Below are positions 1 to 13,300 of a DNA stretch of 64,000 bases, in pieces. Source of the stretch: Haliotis cracherodii. Its lineage: Eukaryota. The DNA lies in NCBI RefSeq assembly GCF_022045235.1, contig NW_027266297.1, forward strand, positions 14,632,001 through 14,696,000, written 5' to 3'. Made by a program: the position numbers and the translations under genes. The first letter of the stretch is position 1; the number at the start of each line of letters is the position of its first letter. A model generated the notes under the pieces. The model had not been told where the DNA came from. It saw only the letters and a program-made list of their open reading frames with translations, and did no database searches.

Positions 1-1
1 G

Positions 2-3000
2 AAGGATACAGTAGACATGATCCTTAAACAGAAAGTTCACTTCAACCTGTTCTACATGGGCATGGTGCAAAATGTGAACCTGACAAGCGCCAAGAAGCGG
101 GACACAGAAGCTCAGCTCATTGACCAGGTAGAGGAGGCTCAAGTAAGTGCAGAGGCTAGGATGCTCAGAGACATGGTAGTCAAGGGTAGACAGGCAGTAT
201 GGATACAATACCTGTTTCAAATAGTTCTTTCCTCTTCCTGATGTGTTCCAAATAATTTCAGGACAATGTTTTGAACATTTATTCAAATCAGATTTTTGTG
301 TTGCATTTTGTTTGTTTAAGGTAATTTGAGACATTATTTGTATGGTATTATTGAAAAAAAAGAGACCGCTCCAGTCAAGATAATCATTTTTTATAATGCA
401 CAGACTGCCACTGTGGTCTAGTGGATAGAGGGACGGCCCAAAGAGCGGAAGGTTCTTTGTTCAATCCCGAACGTCATACGAAAAGATGGTACTTGTTGTT
501 ACCCTGCCTGGTGCTTGGCATTAAGAGGATAAAACATAGACTGTAGGCTCGGAGTCAGTATACTGTGTCTGAGTGGGGTATCCATGTTAAACTGTGGCAT
601 GGTATCTCGGTTGGCTAGCATTATGAAACACTCATGCACACGCTCATTCCACAAGTGCATTGTGGGGCTGAGCTAAGAAATGTAAACAAAGACGGCCGAT
701 GTTTGGTGTTGCTGGTCATTGTGAGTTGAGGTGTTTTCTGTCGTACAAGTTATAACTTTGTTACCACCACTAATGTTAGAAAACTGCCTCAACTGCAAGC
801 CACGAAATAGTGTGCTTACCGAGTCAGTTGCGCTACATGATACTGTAACTGACTTGAATCGACGGCCTGGGGCATGATACTGCGTCACTGTGGGATGAAC
901 ATGGCGGAGGAAGAGCAATGTAGCGGCCGCTTTGTTTGACTACAGTAAATTGCTAAATGCCATACACTGAGCAACAGGTGTACATCTGGTTATGAAACTT
1001 TTCAACTATTATTCATTTCTTTGGAGTAGTCTGCAGTTGATCCATTCCTTTGTCCAGAGACACACCTAATTCAGAGGCACCAGAGCTCGCCTCAGACAAT
1101 TTTGTGACTGCTGTGGCACAAATGCAATGGTTGAATTATGTGTATGACCAATCTCATTAAAATCAGATCTTAGTTCTCGCTGCCGCTAAACAAAGATCTG
1201 AGGACATCCCATGACGGGTCATGTCAGACTGACCTTTCACAAACTCTGACCGACCAATGGAATTGCTGACAAGAAGTGGACATTAGCCAATCAGGAGACA
1301 GCTTTCTCGTGCTTTACGGCACTAATTTCAAATTGGCGACTACGCTTGGAAACATATTTTGACAAATTCTCGCTTAAAAATTTGAAACCTGAACAAAAGA
1401 ACATTTTCGAATGAAAAAGATGTTACCAAGGGTACGTTAGATCACAGGGGAGGAGAGTTGTTGACTTTGGTCCATTCTGACGTAACTCAAAAAGTGTACT
1501 TTATTGTGGGATAATGTAGTCGACACCTTTTGATCATTTAGCAAAGCATCCTAGAGTCTTAAACACAGCGTTAAAGACCCATTTCACCGAACCCAGATAA
1601 TGCACATTTTTCCTCTTTTAGATTGAAGGTAAGCTGCCCTTGTCTGTGACAGAGGAGGACAAAGTGGCGATTACCGTATCTCGACATGGAATCAAAGTGA
1701 TGGACACTTCCAGACAGGTGGGACACTGGCACATGAGTTTTGTTTGTTTGTTTGTTGTTTAACGCCAAACTCAGCAATATTCTAGCTACATGAAGGCGGT
1801 CTGTAAATAATTGAGTCTGGACCAGACAATCCAGTGATTGACATCATGAGCATCGATCCATGCAATTGGGATATGATGCATGCATCAAACAAGTCAGTGA
1901 GCCTGACCACCTGATCCTATTAGTCGCCTCTTACGACAAGCATAGTTGCCTTTTACGGCAAGCATGGGTTTCAGAAGACCTATTTTACCCCGGATCTTCA
2001 CTGGTGTCTACTACAGGCTTTAAGTGACAAGACAACTTAAAGCAAAAAGCAACAACAAACACACATTGAATGATCTGCCAACTTCAGAAATTTGAACACT
2101 GGATTCTTATTTTTTCAATAGAAAGATCCTGGGCTATTCGAAAGAGGCATAATTTTTTTGTCAATTTATGTTTTAGTGACCAGGTGTAACAGAGTATTAA
2201 TTGTCTATCATGATCTATCAGGATTCCCTTGCTACGTGTTCTTCTTATCAAAATGTGGAGCTGACAAATTAATTCTTAGTTTTCCTGGGTTATTCTTTTA
2301 ACTCAGGAAGTTTTCCAGCGCCATCCACTTCACACGATTGCACAACTGATTCACTACAACGATGGTTTCGGCAAACAGAATATCGCACTGAAGATCGGTC
2401 AAGTTGGGAAGATCATCAACCAGTGCTATCAGTGTTATATCTACCAATGTCATACAGAGGTAGGTCATCAACCAGTATTATATCTACCAATGTCATACAT
2501 AGGTAGGTCATCAACCAGTATTATATCTACCAATGTCACACAGAGGTAGGGCATCAACCAGTGTTGTATCTACCAATGTCACAAAGTGGTAGGTCATCAA
2601 CCAGTCTTGTATCTACCAATGTCACACAGAGGTAGGTCATCAACCAGTCTTGTATCGTCCAATGTCACACAGAGGTAGGTCATCAACCAGTCTTGTATCG
2701 TCCAATGCCATACAGAGGTAGGTCATCAACCAGTCTTGTATCTACCAATGTCACACAGAGGTAGGTCATCAACCAGTATTATATCTACCAATGTCAAATA
2801 GAGGTAGGTCATCAACCAGTCTTGTATCTACCAATGTCACACAGAGGTAGGTCATCAGCCAGTATTGTATCTACCAATGTCACACAGAGGTAGGTCATCA
2901 ACCAGTGTTGTATCTACCAATGTCACACAGAGGTAGGTCATCAACCAGTGTTGTATCTACCAATGTCACACAGAGGTAGGTCATCAACCAGTCTTGTATC

Positions 3001-3597
3001 GTCCAATGCCATACAGAGGTAGGTCATCAACCAGTCTTGTATCTACCAATGTCACACAGAGGTAGGTCATCAGCCAGTATTATATCTACCAATGTCAAAT
3101 AGAGGTAGGTCATCAACCAGTATTATATCTACCAATGTCACACAGAGGTAGGTCATCAACCAGTGTTGTATCTACCAATGTCAGACAGAGGTAGGTCATC
3201 AACCAGTATTATATCTACCAATGTCAGACAGAGGTAGGTCATCGGCCAGTATTATATCTACCAATGACAAATACGGGTAGGTCATCAACCAGTTTTTATC
3301 TTCAAATGTCACACACAGGTAGGTCATCAACCAGTGTTATATCTGAAGGAAACTGAGATAGAGTTGTCACAACCCCTGAATGCTTTTGTTCATAGGTTCA
3401 AGATTAAGGGTTCACCTGATGTGGCCTCCAATGGAGGGTTTGTCAGCTCTTAACAAACACAGGTATTGCATTGGAGTAAAGATTTGATTTTAAGGAGATT
3501 GATATATCTGGGCCCAATGTTCTAATTTCAGGAGGAGGCGAACGCTATTTGCCAGTGTGTGAGAAGGCTGTTTGATGCCATCACTGCAAAAGCATGA
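2..3597 (+). CDS. ITGB1BP1: Integrin beta-1-binding protein 1 (ICAP-1) orthologue, PTB domain; 5'-partial. Exons <2-142, 1622-1717, 2307-2459, 3532-3597
   Basis: GT-AG introns, all phase 0. Spliced product KDTVDMILKQKVHFNLFYMGMVQNVNLTSAKKRDTEAQLIDQVEEAQ|IEGKLPLSVTEEDKVAITVSRHGIKVMDTSRQ|EVFQRHPLHTIAQLIHYNDGFGKQNIALKIGQVGKIINQCYQCYIYQCHTE|EEANAICQCVRRLFDAITAKA* is colinear with the ICAP-1 PTB domain as I recall it (GKLP, VSKYGIKV, HRH.L..I, YDDG.G, YQC, AICK..FD). AATAAA at 4020-4025. Confidence 0.88.
409..632 (+). mobile_element. tRNA-derived SINE (Meta/RUDI-like core), degenerate; related inverted copy near 35365-35635
   Basis: A-box-like TGGTCTAGTGG, B-box-like GTTCAATCCC, core GGTACTTGTTGTTACCCTGCCTGGTGCTTGGCATTAAG; reverse-complement match near 35370-35460. 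Confidence 0.55.
1740..2005 (-). mobile_element. SINE-like family 1 (head GAAGATCCGGG..GGTCTTCAGCAACCCATGCTTGTCGTAAGAGGCGACTAA, (AAAC)n tail)
   Basis: Dispersed copies at about 7480-7670(-), 14262-14510(+), 17670-17810(-), 35083-35253(+), 35465-35550(-), 38998-39090(-), 43898-44110(+), 52385-52506(+), 57629-57750(+), 62552-62673(+). Confidence 0.8.
2412..3344 (+). repeat. 43-bp minisatellite (about 21 units) made of the end of ITGB1BP1 exon 2307-2459 plus its splice donor
   Basis: Unit GTAGGTCATCAACCAGTRTTRTATCTACCAATGTCACACAGAG; donor copies at 2460, 2503 ... 3319. Confidence 0.95.
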
Positions 3598-4192
3598 ACA
3601 TTTCTGGGACAGCTAGCCACAAAGGACTACATTGTGTATGGTAGAGTGAATTGTGAGGCTGTCACTGTTGTGACAGCTAGCCATTGAGGACTCCTTTGTG
3701 TGTGATGGGGTGAATTGTGAGGCTGTTTGATGCTGTCACTGCTAAAACATGAAGACTGCTGGGACAGCTACCTTTTATGGACTTCATTGTGAGGCTGTTA
3801 AACTGTATTTCATCAATGCATGTCAGCCTAAAGATGGAGGATACCATAAATTGATGCAGGTGCCGACAGAAACAACAGCAGCAGCAATTGGACTGATGAC
3901 CTGTGATATTGACATTGAGATACATTTCCTTGACGTCGTTAGGAGGATCACCTAACTATTTGCATAAAACATTGTTGAATTGTGCCTTGTTTATATGTGA
4001 ACTGAAGATATATTGTTATAATAAATAATGATTATGAACATATTTTTACATTTGAAATATCATAAAGTCATAGAAATGAATCAGACATATTTTGTCTACT
4101 TAGCTTTGGACAGGAAAAGGCAAAGGACCTTTCTTACCTATCATCATTGCTAATTTAACAAAACTTATAAAAACCCTAAAATATGTAGCAAG

Positions 4193-4936
4193 GTGTCCCC
4201 AGTGTCCTATGCTTGAAGTCAGAGCTGAGTACAGAGGACCCCAGTGTCCTATGCTTGAAGTAAGAGCTGAGTACAGAGGTCGCCGGTGTCCTATGCTTGA
4301 AGTAAGAGCTGAGTTCAGAGGTCCCCGGTGTCCTATGCTTGAAGTAAGAGCTGAGTTCAGAGGTCCCCGGTGTCCTATGCTAGAAGTAAGAGCTGAGTTC
4401 AGAGGTCCCTGGTGTCCTATGCTTGAAGTAAGAGCCGAGTACAGAGGTCGGTGGTGTCCTATGCTTGAAGTAAGAGCTGTGTTCAGAGGTCCCCGGTGTC
4501 CTATGCTTGAAGTAAGAGCCGAATACAGAGGTCCCCGGTGTCCTATGCTTGAAGTAAGAGCCGAGTACAGAGCTCCCCGGTGTCCTATGCTTGAAGTAAG
4601 AGCCGAGTACAGAGGTCCCCGGTGTCCTATGCTTGAAGTAAGAACCGAGTACAGAGGTCCCCGGTGTCCTATGCTTGAAGTAAGAGCTGAGTACAGAGGT
4701 CCCCGGTGGCCTATGCTTGAAGTAAGAGCCGAGTACAGAGGTCCCCGGTGTCCTAAGCTTGAAGTAAGAGCCGAGTACAGAGGTCCCCGGTGACCTATGC
4801 TTGAAGTAAGAGCCGAGTACAGAGGTCCCCAGTGACCTATGCTTGAAGTAAGAGCCGAGTACAGAGGTCCCCAGTGACCTGTGCTTGAAGTAAGAGCGGA
4901 GTACAGAGGTCCCCGGTGTCCTATGCTTGAAGTAAG
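4193..4936. repeat. 42-bp minisatellite, about 17.5 units
   Basis: Unit GTCCCCGGTGTCCTATGCTTGAAGTAAGAGCCGAGTACAGAG; accounts for the 14-aa periodic ORFs 4100-5017(-) and 4209-4793(+). Confidence 0.95.
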
Positions 4937-5432
4937 GGATGTGATGATCACAATGTCTGTAGACGTTGTCTCTGAAACTCTTTGATCAACAATTGCTTCA
5001 CCAAGAAACAAAATCATGTCAAGGACTAGGGTAAGATGGAATTGTTTTCCTTGAAATCAATGACGCCAAAATGAAAAAGATCAATTTATTTAGCATTTAT
5101 ATTGCTCGATACAGTTTATTGTTAGCAACATAATCACCATACCATATCTTATGCACATATTTACACAATACCATCACACTCCTCTCTCTAATTATGCACT
5201 GTTTGATGAACAATGAACACACAAAGCAAATCTCATACGTCTACCAGGTGCTTTTTCGAGCTTCCAATATTATGGTAGGCTCTCTTTCCATGTTTCTTGG
5301 ATTTTGTAATTGAGCACAGAGCGCAGCCACTGTGTCCATGCACACTGAAGCCTGTCACCTGGAGCCCTTGAGATGGAAACATCTCCAGTTCATGTTGTCT
5401 GAAAGATATTGCAGGGGCACTCTCACACAGCT

Positions 5433-5921
5433 CATATCTCCAGATAAGCTGCGTATCTCAGAAATGCAGAATTACGCTATAAAATAACATCCAAGTGTAT
5501 CAAATACGCAACTAACATTACAGATAAGCTACAAAAATAAAACTTGTGCGTATCATCAAAATATTGTGAAGTAACCCTGCATATTCGATTTGCAAATCAG
5601 CAACTTATTTTGAAATTATGAACGGGCATTCCGTCAACCTTGCCAAACTCCACGATGACAGTTACATCAGGATCATTTGCCATCACACTTTCTTGTGGAA
5701 GTATCGTGGTATTTTTTAGTCCTATAAAGCTCTCGAACCCACATGACACCAGTTTGCAGGGACTAGATGAAGTGTTTTTAAATATTTGACTTGAATACCC
5801 ACATGTGTAAATACTAGTCTGTAACAATAATATGAATACCCAGATAAAATTACTGATACCCAATGATTTTAAAATGCATGGGAAAAATACCCACAACACC
5901 AAAAGCTTATCTGGAGCTCTG
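5433..5921. mobile_element. MITE with TIR CAGAGCTCCAGATAAGC (degenerate left end); same family as 17118-17622, opposite orientation
   Basis: Whole interior is the reverse complement of 17118-17622; right end AGCTTATCTGGAGCTCTG. Confidence 0.8.
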
Positions 5922-8900
5922 CAGCCTCCCATGACACAGCAGCAATAGTAACATACAACATGTACACACATCAGGATTGCCCAAAACAATGGGATTTCTT
6001 TTCGAAATGAATGACCACATTTTCAATGATTTAGCATCCATATTGAAATAAAGCAAGCAGGTCAATAAAATTCACAACTGAAGTAGATGTCAAATCTAAG
6101 AATAGGTCTAGAATGAATAAGTAGCATCCAAAACTGACATAAAAAAACAACAACCTCAACCTACTTTTGATGACATGAATATCAACCAATTACTACACCT
6201 CTGCTTGTATGTCAACACCTTTGAGAGAATGTGAAAAGTCAACACCTTGTCAGTGTAAAAGGCATACTGTAAATCTTGAAATTAACATGAGCATGAATTA
6301 AATGCAAGTGGTCTTTTTTTCGCATGTAATGAAACGTAACATTTATATCTCCAAAATGAGTCTCAACAATAAGACTGCACTGGACACATTGGATAGCGGA
6401 AATACCAACTTGAATATAACCACAAACATGGTTTATTGAGCAGCAGTTGCCACAGTTATATAACCATGTCATTCCAAGAATAGGAATTACACACTAGGCA
6501 TCCGGTGAGTGATCACTGCTGGGGTCAAGAATTCTACCCACTTATGTCTAACTAGGTATCACTGACCACTCCAATCAGTGAGTTGTTGGTTCTATTATTT
6601 TATTGCCTTTGAACTTCCTTAACGCCAGTCAACAGAATAAACGTACAAACTGTAGGTTGTTTGGGCGAAAACACTGTTTATTGTTATTACAGAAGTGCTC
6701 TACTCAGCGCTAATAAGCAGTGTTATTTGCTGTCTGATGGGATCAAGGTAAGGTTGGATTAAGGTAAGGATATGTATCATTCCACTGGGGATGGGGTGGG
6801 GGAAGTCGCATTGATTTTGAGTCACATTTCTGGCTAGGGGACAGCGTTCGTATTAATTTGGAGACGCATTAATTTCAAGACTTAAGTATTCCTGGGACAT
6901 AAAAGACTAGTTACCAAATACTCATTGTCCATAATTCACAGCTTCTACATACATTACATGTTCCTCAATTAAGTGTGTATATAAAATTATATATATAAAC
7001 GTCAATGCAAGAAAATAACAGTCTTGATTATCTGCAGATTCCATTTGGCGTAAAGGGCAAAATAGCTATGAAAATTATACGGATGGAAAATGAATTATTA
7101 TTATACGAAATATAATCAATGCCTCTAAGTTCAAACTTTGACCAGGTTCTGTAACAATTCCCCTGAAGCTAGCTACTGAAGCTGGGAAATGGTCGAGGTT
7201 TTGGTGTCAATACCAGTAAATCTGACAAAGGTATTCAATCAAGCATTGCATATAGTGTCCCAATAGTGTTTTAAACTACTGCAACAGTTAAAAGCCCTAA
7301 AGGTCATCCCTAGCATCGATACAAAACAAAGCATACCGTGTATCGCGTATCATATCGGATATCATATTGACTTGCATATCTTGTATCATATCATGTATCA
7401 TATCACATGTGACACATCATGTATCTGATTGCATACCATATTGCATATCATATATCGTGTTTCATATCATTTTGGGTTTTTTTGGTTAATACCGCACTCA
7501 GCAATATTCCAGCTATATGGCAGCAGTCTGTATGTAAATAGTAGGCTCTGGACCAGACAATCCCGTGATTGACATCATGCGCTCAATCCATGCAATTGGG
7601 ATATGATGACATGCATTATAACCAAGTCAGCAAGCCTGACCACCTGATCCCGTTAGTCGCCTCATACGACAAGTGTATCATGTACCATATCACATATATC
7701 ACATATATAGCAAATGTTTTATCATGTATCATATCGAGTATCAGATTGTATATCACTCATATCAACATCCTGGTGAATCCTGGCATTTCACAGTGCCAAG
7801 ACACATGGCACACGGCTTATTATACTTTCGCATAAATACATTTATCATAACAGTATTGGACTAAAACAGTGAGACATTTCTTCCTTATTAGAGAAGATAA
7901 AGATACAAAACAGAAACTTATAAGCACATGTATACAAGTCAGTATCGTGTTGATAAAACTAAGTAGATTTAACAAATACAACATGCTTATATACAACAAT
8001 GGTTGATATCATGCATTGTGATTGATATCATGCATTAATGTGGTTGATATCATGCACTAATGTTTAAGATGAAAGCAGCATAAAAGAGAGTTCTTATACC
8101 AATGTAATCAAAATAATATGTATGGTATGTGTCTTGATCCGGAACTCCCACACCTAGACACTTGTGCACCTCCAACCTCCCCACCCCCAAAACCCGCCCT
8201 GACTTTGCCCAGTTACATTCAGATTAACCTTCGCTCCGATCCCACAACAATCTTTCCCTAAAGCTTGTAGGTCAACAAGCCCAAACTAATTTTGGTATCA
8301 ATTTCAGGGTTATTCTGTCTTGGCATATGGACAAATATAAACCAATCTGACAAGACCAGAATAAAGTGAACTAGACGCAGGCTTCGGACTAGTGGCTCAA
8401 GTCACAGACTGCTGCGCTGTTTATCAGCATGGGAAGGACTACAAAAATAGTCAATAGATCAAAGGCACACAATAAATATGTTATCACATCCCAATGTCCA
8501 CTTCTTACAGAGTAAATAAGAATGGTAAGTGTACATACATTGCATGTTATGTCTTAGATAAAATGTCAATGAATGTAATAATATGTACATTTAAACAACA
8601 ATAAGCAGGTATTAGCCATGTAATGTAATGCAATATTTGACATGATTCAAGGTGTTGATTGAGTTAATTATGTTTTAATAAACAGTAACATTGAGAATAT
8701 TTTTCAGATAAACTTTAAACTCTACAGATGAGACAAGCAGTCTTAAATTGTTTCACAAAATAAGTTATGCAGTAACAGTAGGTAACTTAGGTCATAATTC
8801 CAAATTGTTTGAAATTTAATTAGGACCAATCTATTAAATGTTTTTGCTGACACGTATACCCTAACAATTGCCAAAAAAACAATAAACATCATGAAAAATT

Positions 8901-9099
8901 CAAGGTATTTTGGAAACACCTGTTTCTTTTAAATAACTTTGCTTTCAAGCGATGTTTTGACAAGCAGAGACATCTCATGCTGGTAGATCCAAAACAGTTT
9001 CAGAAACTCTGCTAGACATTTTGGAACCAATTCTACAGGTACTGGTATCACTCTTCAACTGACTAGGAAGGCACAGGAACTTGCTTCCCTTATTAATCA

Positions 9100-9368
9100 G
9101 GGGCACGGGTGGCCCAGTTGTCTAAGGTGCCGCCATTCGCTGTGCAGAGTTTCGTCCCTATGATTGTGGGTTTGAATCCGGGTTCGCCCCGATTACGTTT
9201 CTAGGTTTGTCAGCACCATACCCTTGCTCGTGGGTTTCACCGAAGTGGTAAACATCTGAGACCTGCATCACTTCGGGCTTTCCTCCCACATTAAGCTGAC
9301 ACGCCGCGATATAACTGGAATACTGTTAAAAGCGGCGTTAAACCCAACTCACCCAACTCACTCACTCC
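9100..9368 (+). mobile_element. tRNA-derived SINE family 3 with (CACT)n tail and target-site duplication TCCCTTATTAATC
   Basis: A box GGTGGCCCAGTTG, B box GGTTTGAATCC, duplication on both flanks. Other copies about 9640-9903(+), 11838-12095(+), 35950-36195(-), 36330-36560(-), 38630-38840(-), 39850-39965(-). Confidence 0.85.
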
Positions 9369-10360
9369 CTTATTAATCGAGATGTTCAAGTATTATTCTT
9401 CCCTACCCTTAGCAGGTAAAAGAAATCATTCATTTTTTTTCAAATGCAATTCCACCAGTGTAGGACTTGGCTTATTAGCTTTAGGTGTGCATGGATGGGC
9501 AGGTGTCTCAGGCGCCACAATTTGCTTGCAGAATTACATCTCTTAGATGTGCCAGAAACTTAAGGGTTCGAATTCCAGTTCGCCCTGATCCAGTGTGTGG
9601 TGGTATTGTAAATCCTTCGCTCTACTAATTCAAGGTGTACGGGACACAGGTGGCTACAGTCTGTGGTGTAGAGTTGCGCCCCCTAGGCATGTCAGAAACG
9701 TATGATCGTTACAAATGCCAGACTCGCCATGATTTTGTTTCTACATTTGTCAGCACCATACCATTGCTCGGTGATTTCACCAAACTCGGAAACATCCAAG
9801 ATCTGCATCACTTCTGGCTTTCCTCCCGTATATGCTCACACGCCGTGGAACAACTTTAGTACTGTTCAAAGCAGCATTAAACCCAACTCACCCACACACT
9901 CATGAAATTGGGAAAATTGACCTCTCCCCTTGCCCAAATGGTCCCACCGTGTCCAAATGTCCTAGACAGCAATAACAGTAAGGGGTCCTAGAATGAGCTT
10001 CACAAATTGTACCCAAACTCAGATCATCAGTATGAATGACTGACACTTCCCCAGTACCCAATAGAACTGAAGGCCAAAAGTTATCTATATAAACATTGGG
10101 TCTAGGAAATATTCTGTCTATTTCACTGTTACACAATCACCAAAAGCATCTTCCAAAGATGCATTCAAATCATACTCGGTCAGCTTTGATCTCATATATG
10201 AATATACCAGAGCCAGTACCCATATGGTCCGAGATCCTATGCAGAGATGGTCCTGAAGCATTTTGTAGTCTTAGGTCCTATGTTTAAGGATCAGTCATAC
10301 CGGAATATTCTGGATTTCTCTACCAGTTTCAACCAGATCAAACATTAAATGAAAGACACA

Positions 10361-13300
10361 TCAATAATTATCGATTCCATGCATGAAGTTTTCGGGGTTT
10401 GTTTCCACATCCACGCTGGCATCAAGACGAGCGATGTGATCTGTGACCATGTTAAGAATCTGTTCTACGTCGTCGATGTTGCCGTTGCTGATAGTGCTCG
10501 CTGTTGACAACTCACTGACTGACCGTCTGCTGGAACAAACACATCAGGCTTGAAGTCAACTCGAAAAAATAAACACTTGAAATTCTTCCAAAATATTTCA
10601 GATGTTAGCATTCATTCATTTGGTCTGATATTAACATAACACTTAGCGGCTGGAGCCTTAACTAGCTTAGCCCTTAGAATCCTCTCCTATCTTAGCAAGG
10701 AACCTAATTTATTGCCTTTACTATCGGGGCCCCTTCAGCCGATAAGATAAATTTGTTGTTACTTTTATGATTAGGGTTCTCTGTAAAGTGCAATAGTCCT
10801 CCTCCCTTCTAATGTCTGATGTGCATGCTATATAGAAGCCAATAATTATTACGTGTACATTCTTGGGTTACTCCTGGAGCTGGAGAGTGTTCCATTCTCA
10901 GGGATGTTGATGCCATTCTTGCGGAGAAAGTCGACAAATTGACCATAGTCCGCAGAAGGGATGAAAGGACTCATTTCTAGAAAACCAATATTCGATGTTA
11001 TGACTACATTGATTCCAAATCCATTCAGTAATATCAAACAGAGAGCATGTGACAGTCACGGAATCAATGTTGAACAAATAAACAAGTTTTTCCTGACTTT
11101 GCTTTTATATTAAATGTATTTTCATCCTAACAAGCTCATCCTCAATCTTCATCTTAGCAATGTCAGTAGAACAGCATCATTAATTACAGATTATTAACAA
11201 GTTACAGGAGGATTAGTGAATGTTATTTTGTGCCACTGTCAGCAAATTGTCCAGGACCACGTTCCCCAAGTAGCACTCTGACAACAATGTTGAAGCTATG
11301 TTGGAGACCATACTGAAAATCAGATTCAAACTCATGAACAAATTGGGGTGCCATCTATGTTTGGGACAACATGTAAAATTTCTGCTTCATTGGTCCTGTG
11401 GTTTCTGAGAAGATGTTTACGACCGAATGCATGTTTTTCCAATGTGGATGCTGGCAGCCATGTTTCAGCTAAATCCATCACAGTTTGTGGATGAAGACAA
11501 TGATGATGGAAAGCTATGGATGACTTGCTAACAATATAAAATACCCACCTGCCAACAAATGTTTTCTATCTTGACCGTAAAGTTTTAGCACTTGTTCACA
11601 AAATTCTCCAATCGGTAGGTCATTATGCCAGTCCCGCAGAAGTTCAGCAAAGTGACGCAACTCATCCGGGTTCAGCTTTTGATGCAGCTGAAATATTTCA
11701 TGTGATGGTCAATAAACAGACAGATAAAAATACTAGCAGTCTCCTGAAACTGCTTTCTTATGATATGTTTTTGCGATGGTTTTTGTGTGATATTCTTCAT
11801 GTTCATGCACCCCAGGTAACCAGGGACCACTGCTATCAGGGGGCCCGGGTGGCCCAGTCGTCTAAGGTGCCGCCATTCACTGTGCAGGGTTGCATCCTTT
11901 GGGCACGCCAGAAACCTATGATTGTGGGTTCGAATCCCGGTTTGCCCCAATTATGTTTCTAGGTTTGTCAGCACCATACCCGTGCTTATGGATATCCCCA
12001 AAGTCCCAGTCCCCTATATCCCCACATTAAACTGATATTCCGCTATATAACTGGAATACTGTTAAAAGCGGCGTTCAACCCAACCCTCATTCACTTATTT
12101 CTATCATCAGATATTGTTAAATCATATGATTGGTTCATTTAGGCTCATTCCAATGTATTATCCAATAACAATACAGTGATGTTTTGTAATAGGTGGTAAG
12201 AAAAAGCTAGCCCAAGTAGTTTCCACGTAGTTTGAGCAGTATTTAAGTTTCCCCGTAGTTTGAGCAGTATTTAAGTTTCCCCGTAGTTTGAGCAGTATTT
12301 CAGTTTCCACGTAGTTTGAGCAGTATTTCAGTTTCCACGTAGTTTGAGCAGTATTTCAGTAATATCACACCTTAATGATATGAGAGGAAAGCCCCCAAAC
12401 TGCAATCATCAGATCTTAGATTTCAGATGTATCACAAAGTCCAAAGAAAAGCCCTCAGAAATGCAAGTCCTAGACTTTGGTGAGCATATGTTGAATTGAG
12501 AACCAGAGCTATATGGGAAAATATCAGTCATTCTCCAGAAGCAATATCAATATGTTAAAGGTAAGAAATTTGTTAGATTTTTTTGTGCAGTATGAAAAGA
12601 GACATTTATGAATATATACAAACAACATACTAACTTTAAACATGTAGTCTTTGACCAGGTCGGTGGGGATGCTGACATCACTCCCCCTCGTACTGTTCTC
12701 ACTCGGCACACGCTCTTGTCCGCGGGGCGATCGTCTCGGGATGGAATCTTGACGTGTTGGCAGATCTAGATTTGATGATGTCAAACTGAAAGAAAAATAC
12801 CACAATAATTCTAAAGGACAAGAAAAGGTAAGGTGGCATGTCTAATATTCAAACATATATAATACTCAAAGTCCTTGACCCACTAAGGAAATGTAAACAA
12901 AAACAGTGCAAACTTGGTAAACAAAATCATCATAGGCCACACACTTACCGTATTCGACGTAATAAGCGCCCAGGGCACTCTCAAAATTAAAAATAGGGGG
13001 CTCTTATTAGAATATTATTTTGGTGAAAAAGAGTTGAAAGATCAATTTCGTTGTTTATGCTGACCATCCTGACAGCCTGAAATGTTCATATACGACAGAT
13101 ATATTTTTCCAGAATTTAATTGCCCATAATAAAGGGTGCATATAACACACAAGTGTGTATTATACGCGAATAAATAAGTCTTGTGTACATTGATCAATCG
13201 GGAGGGGTGCTAATTGGGATTGTTAACTAGCCAATATATTAGCAAATATTGACGTGGGCGCTTTATGAGAGCAGGGTGCTTATTACGTCGAATACGGTAA

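Noticed and set aside
1360-1440. LKPEQK..KDV-like fragment suggesting a RecQ-type helicase of a transposon
   Set aside because: Too short and degraded; no element boundaries I can verify
2412-4936. The 43-bp and 42-bp periodic arrays as CRISPR arrays
   Set aside because: Units are contiguous with no unique spacers, there are no cas genes, and the context is eukaryotic
4100-5017. 305-aa and 194-aa repeat ORFs as protein-coding genes
   Set aside because: Fully explained by a 42-bp minisatellite; no supporting exon structure
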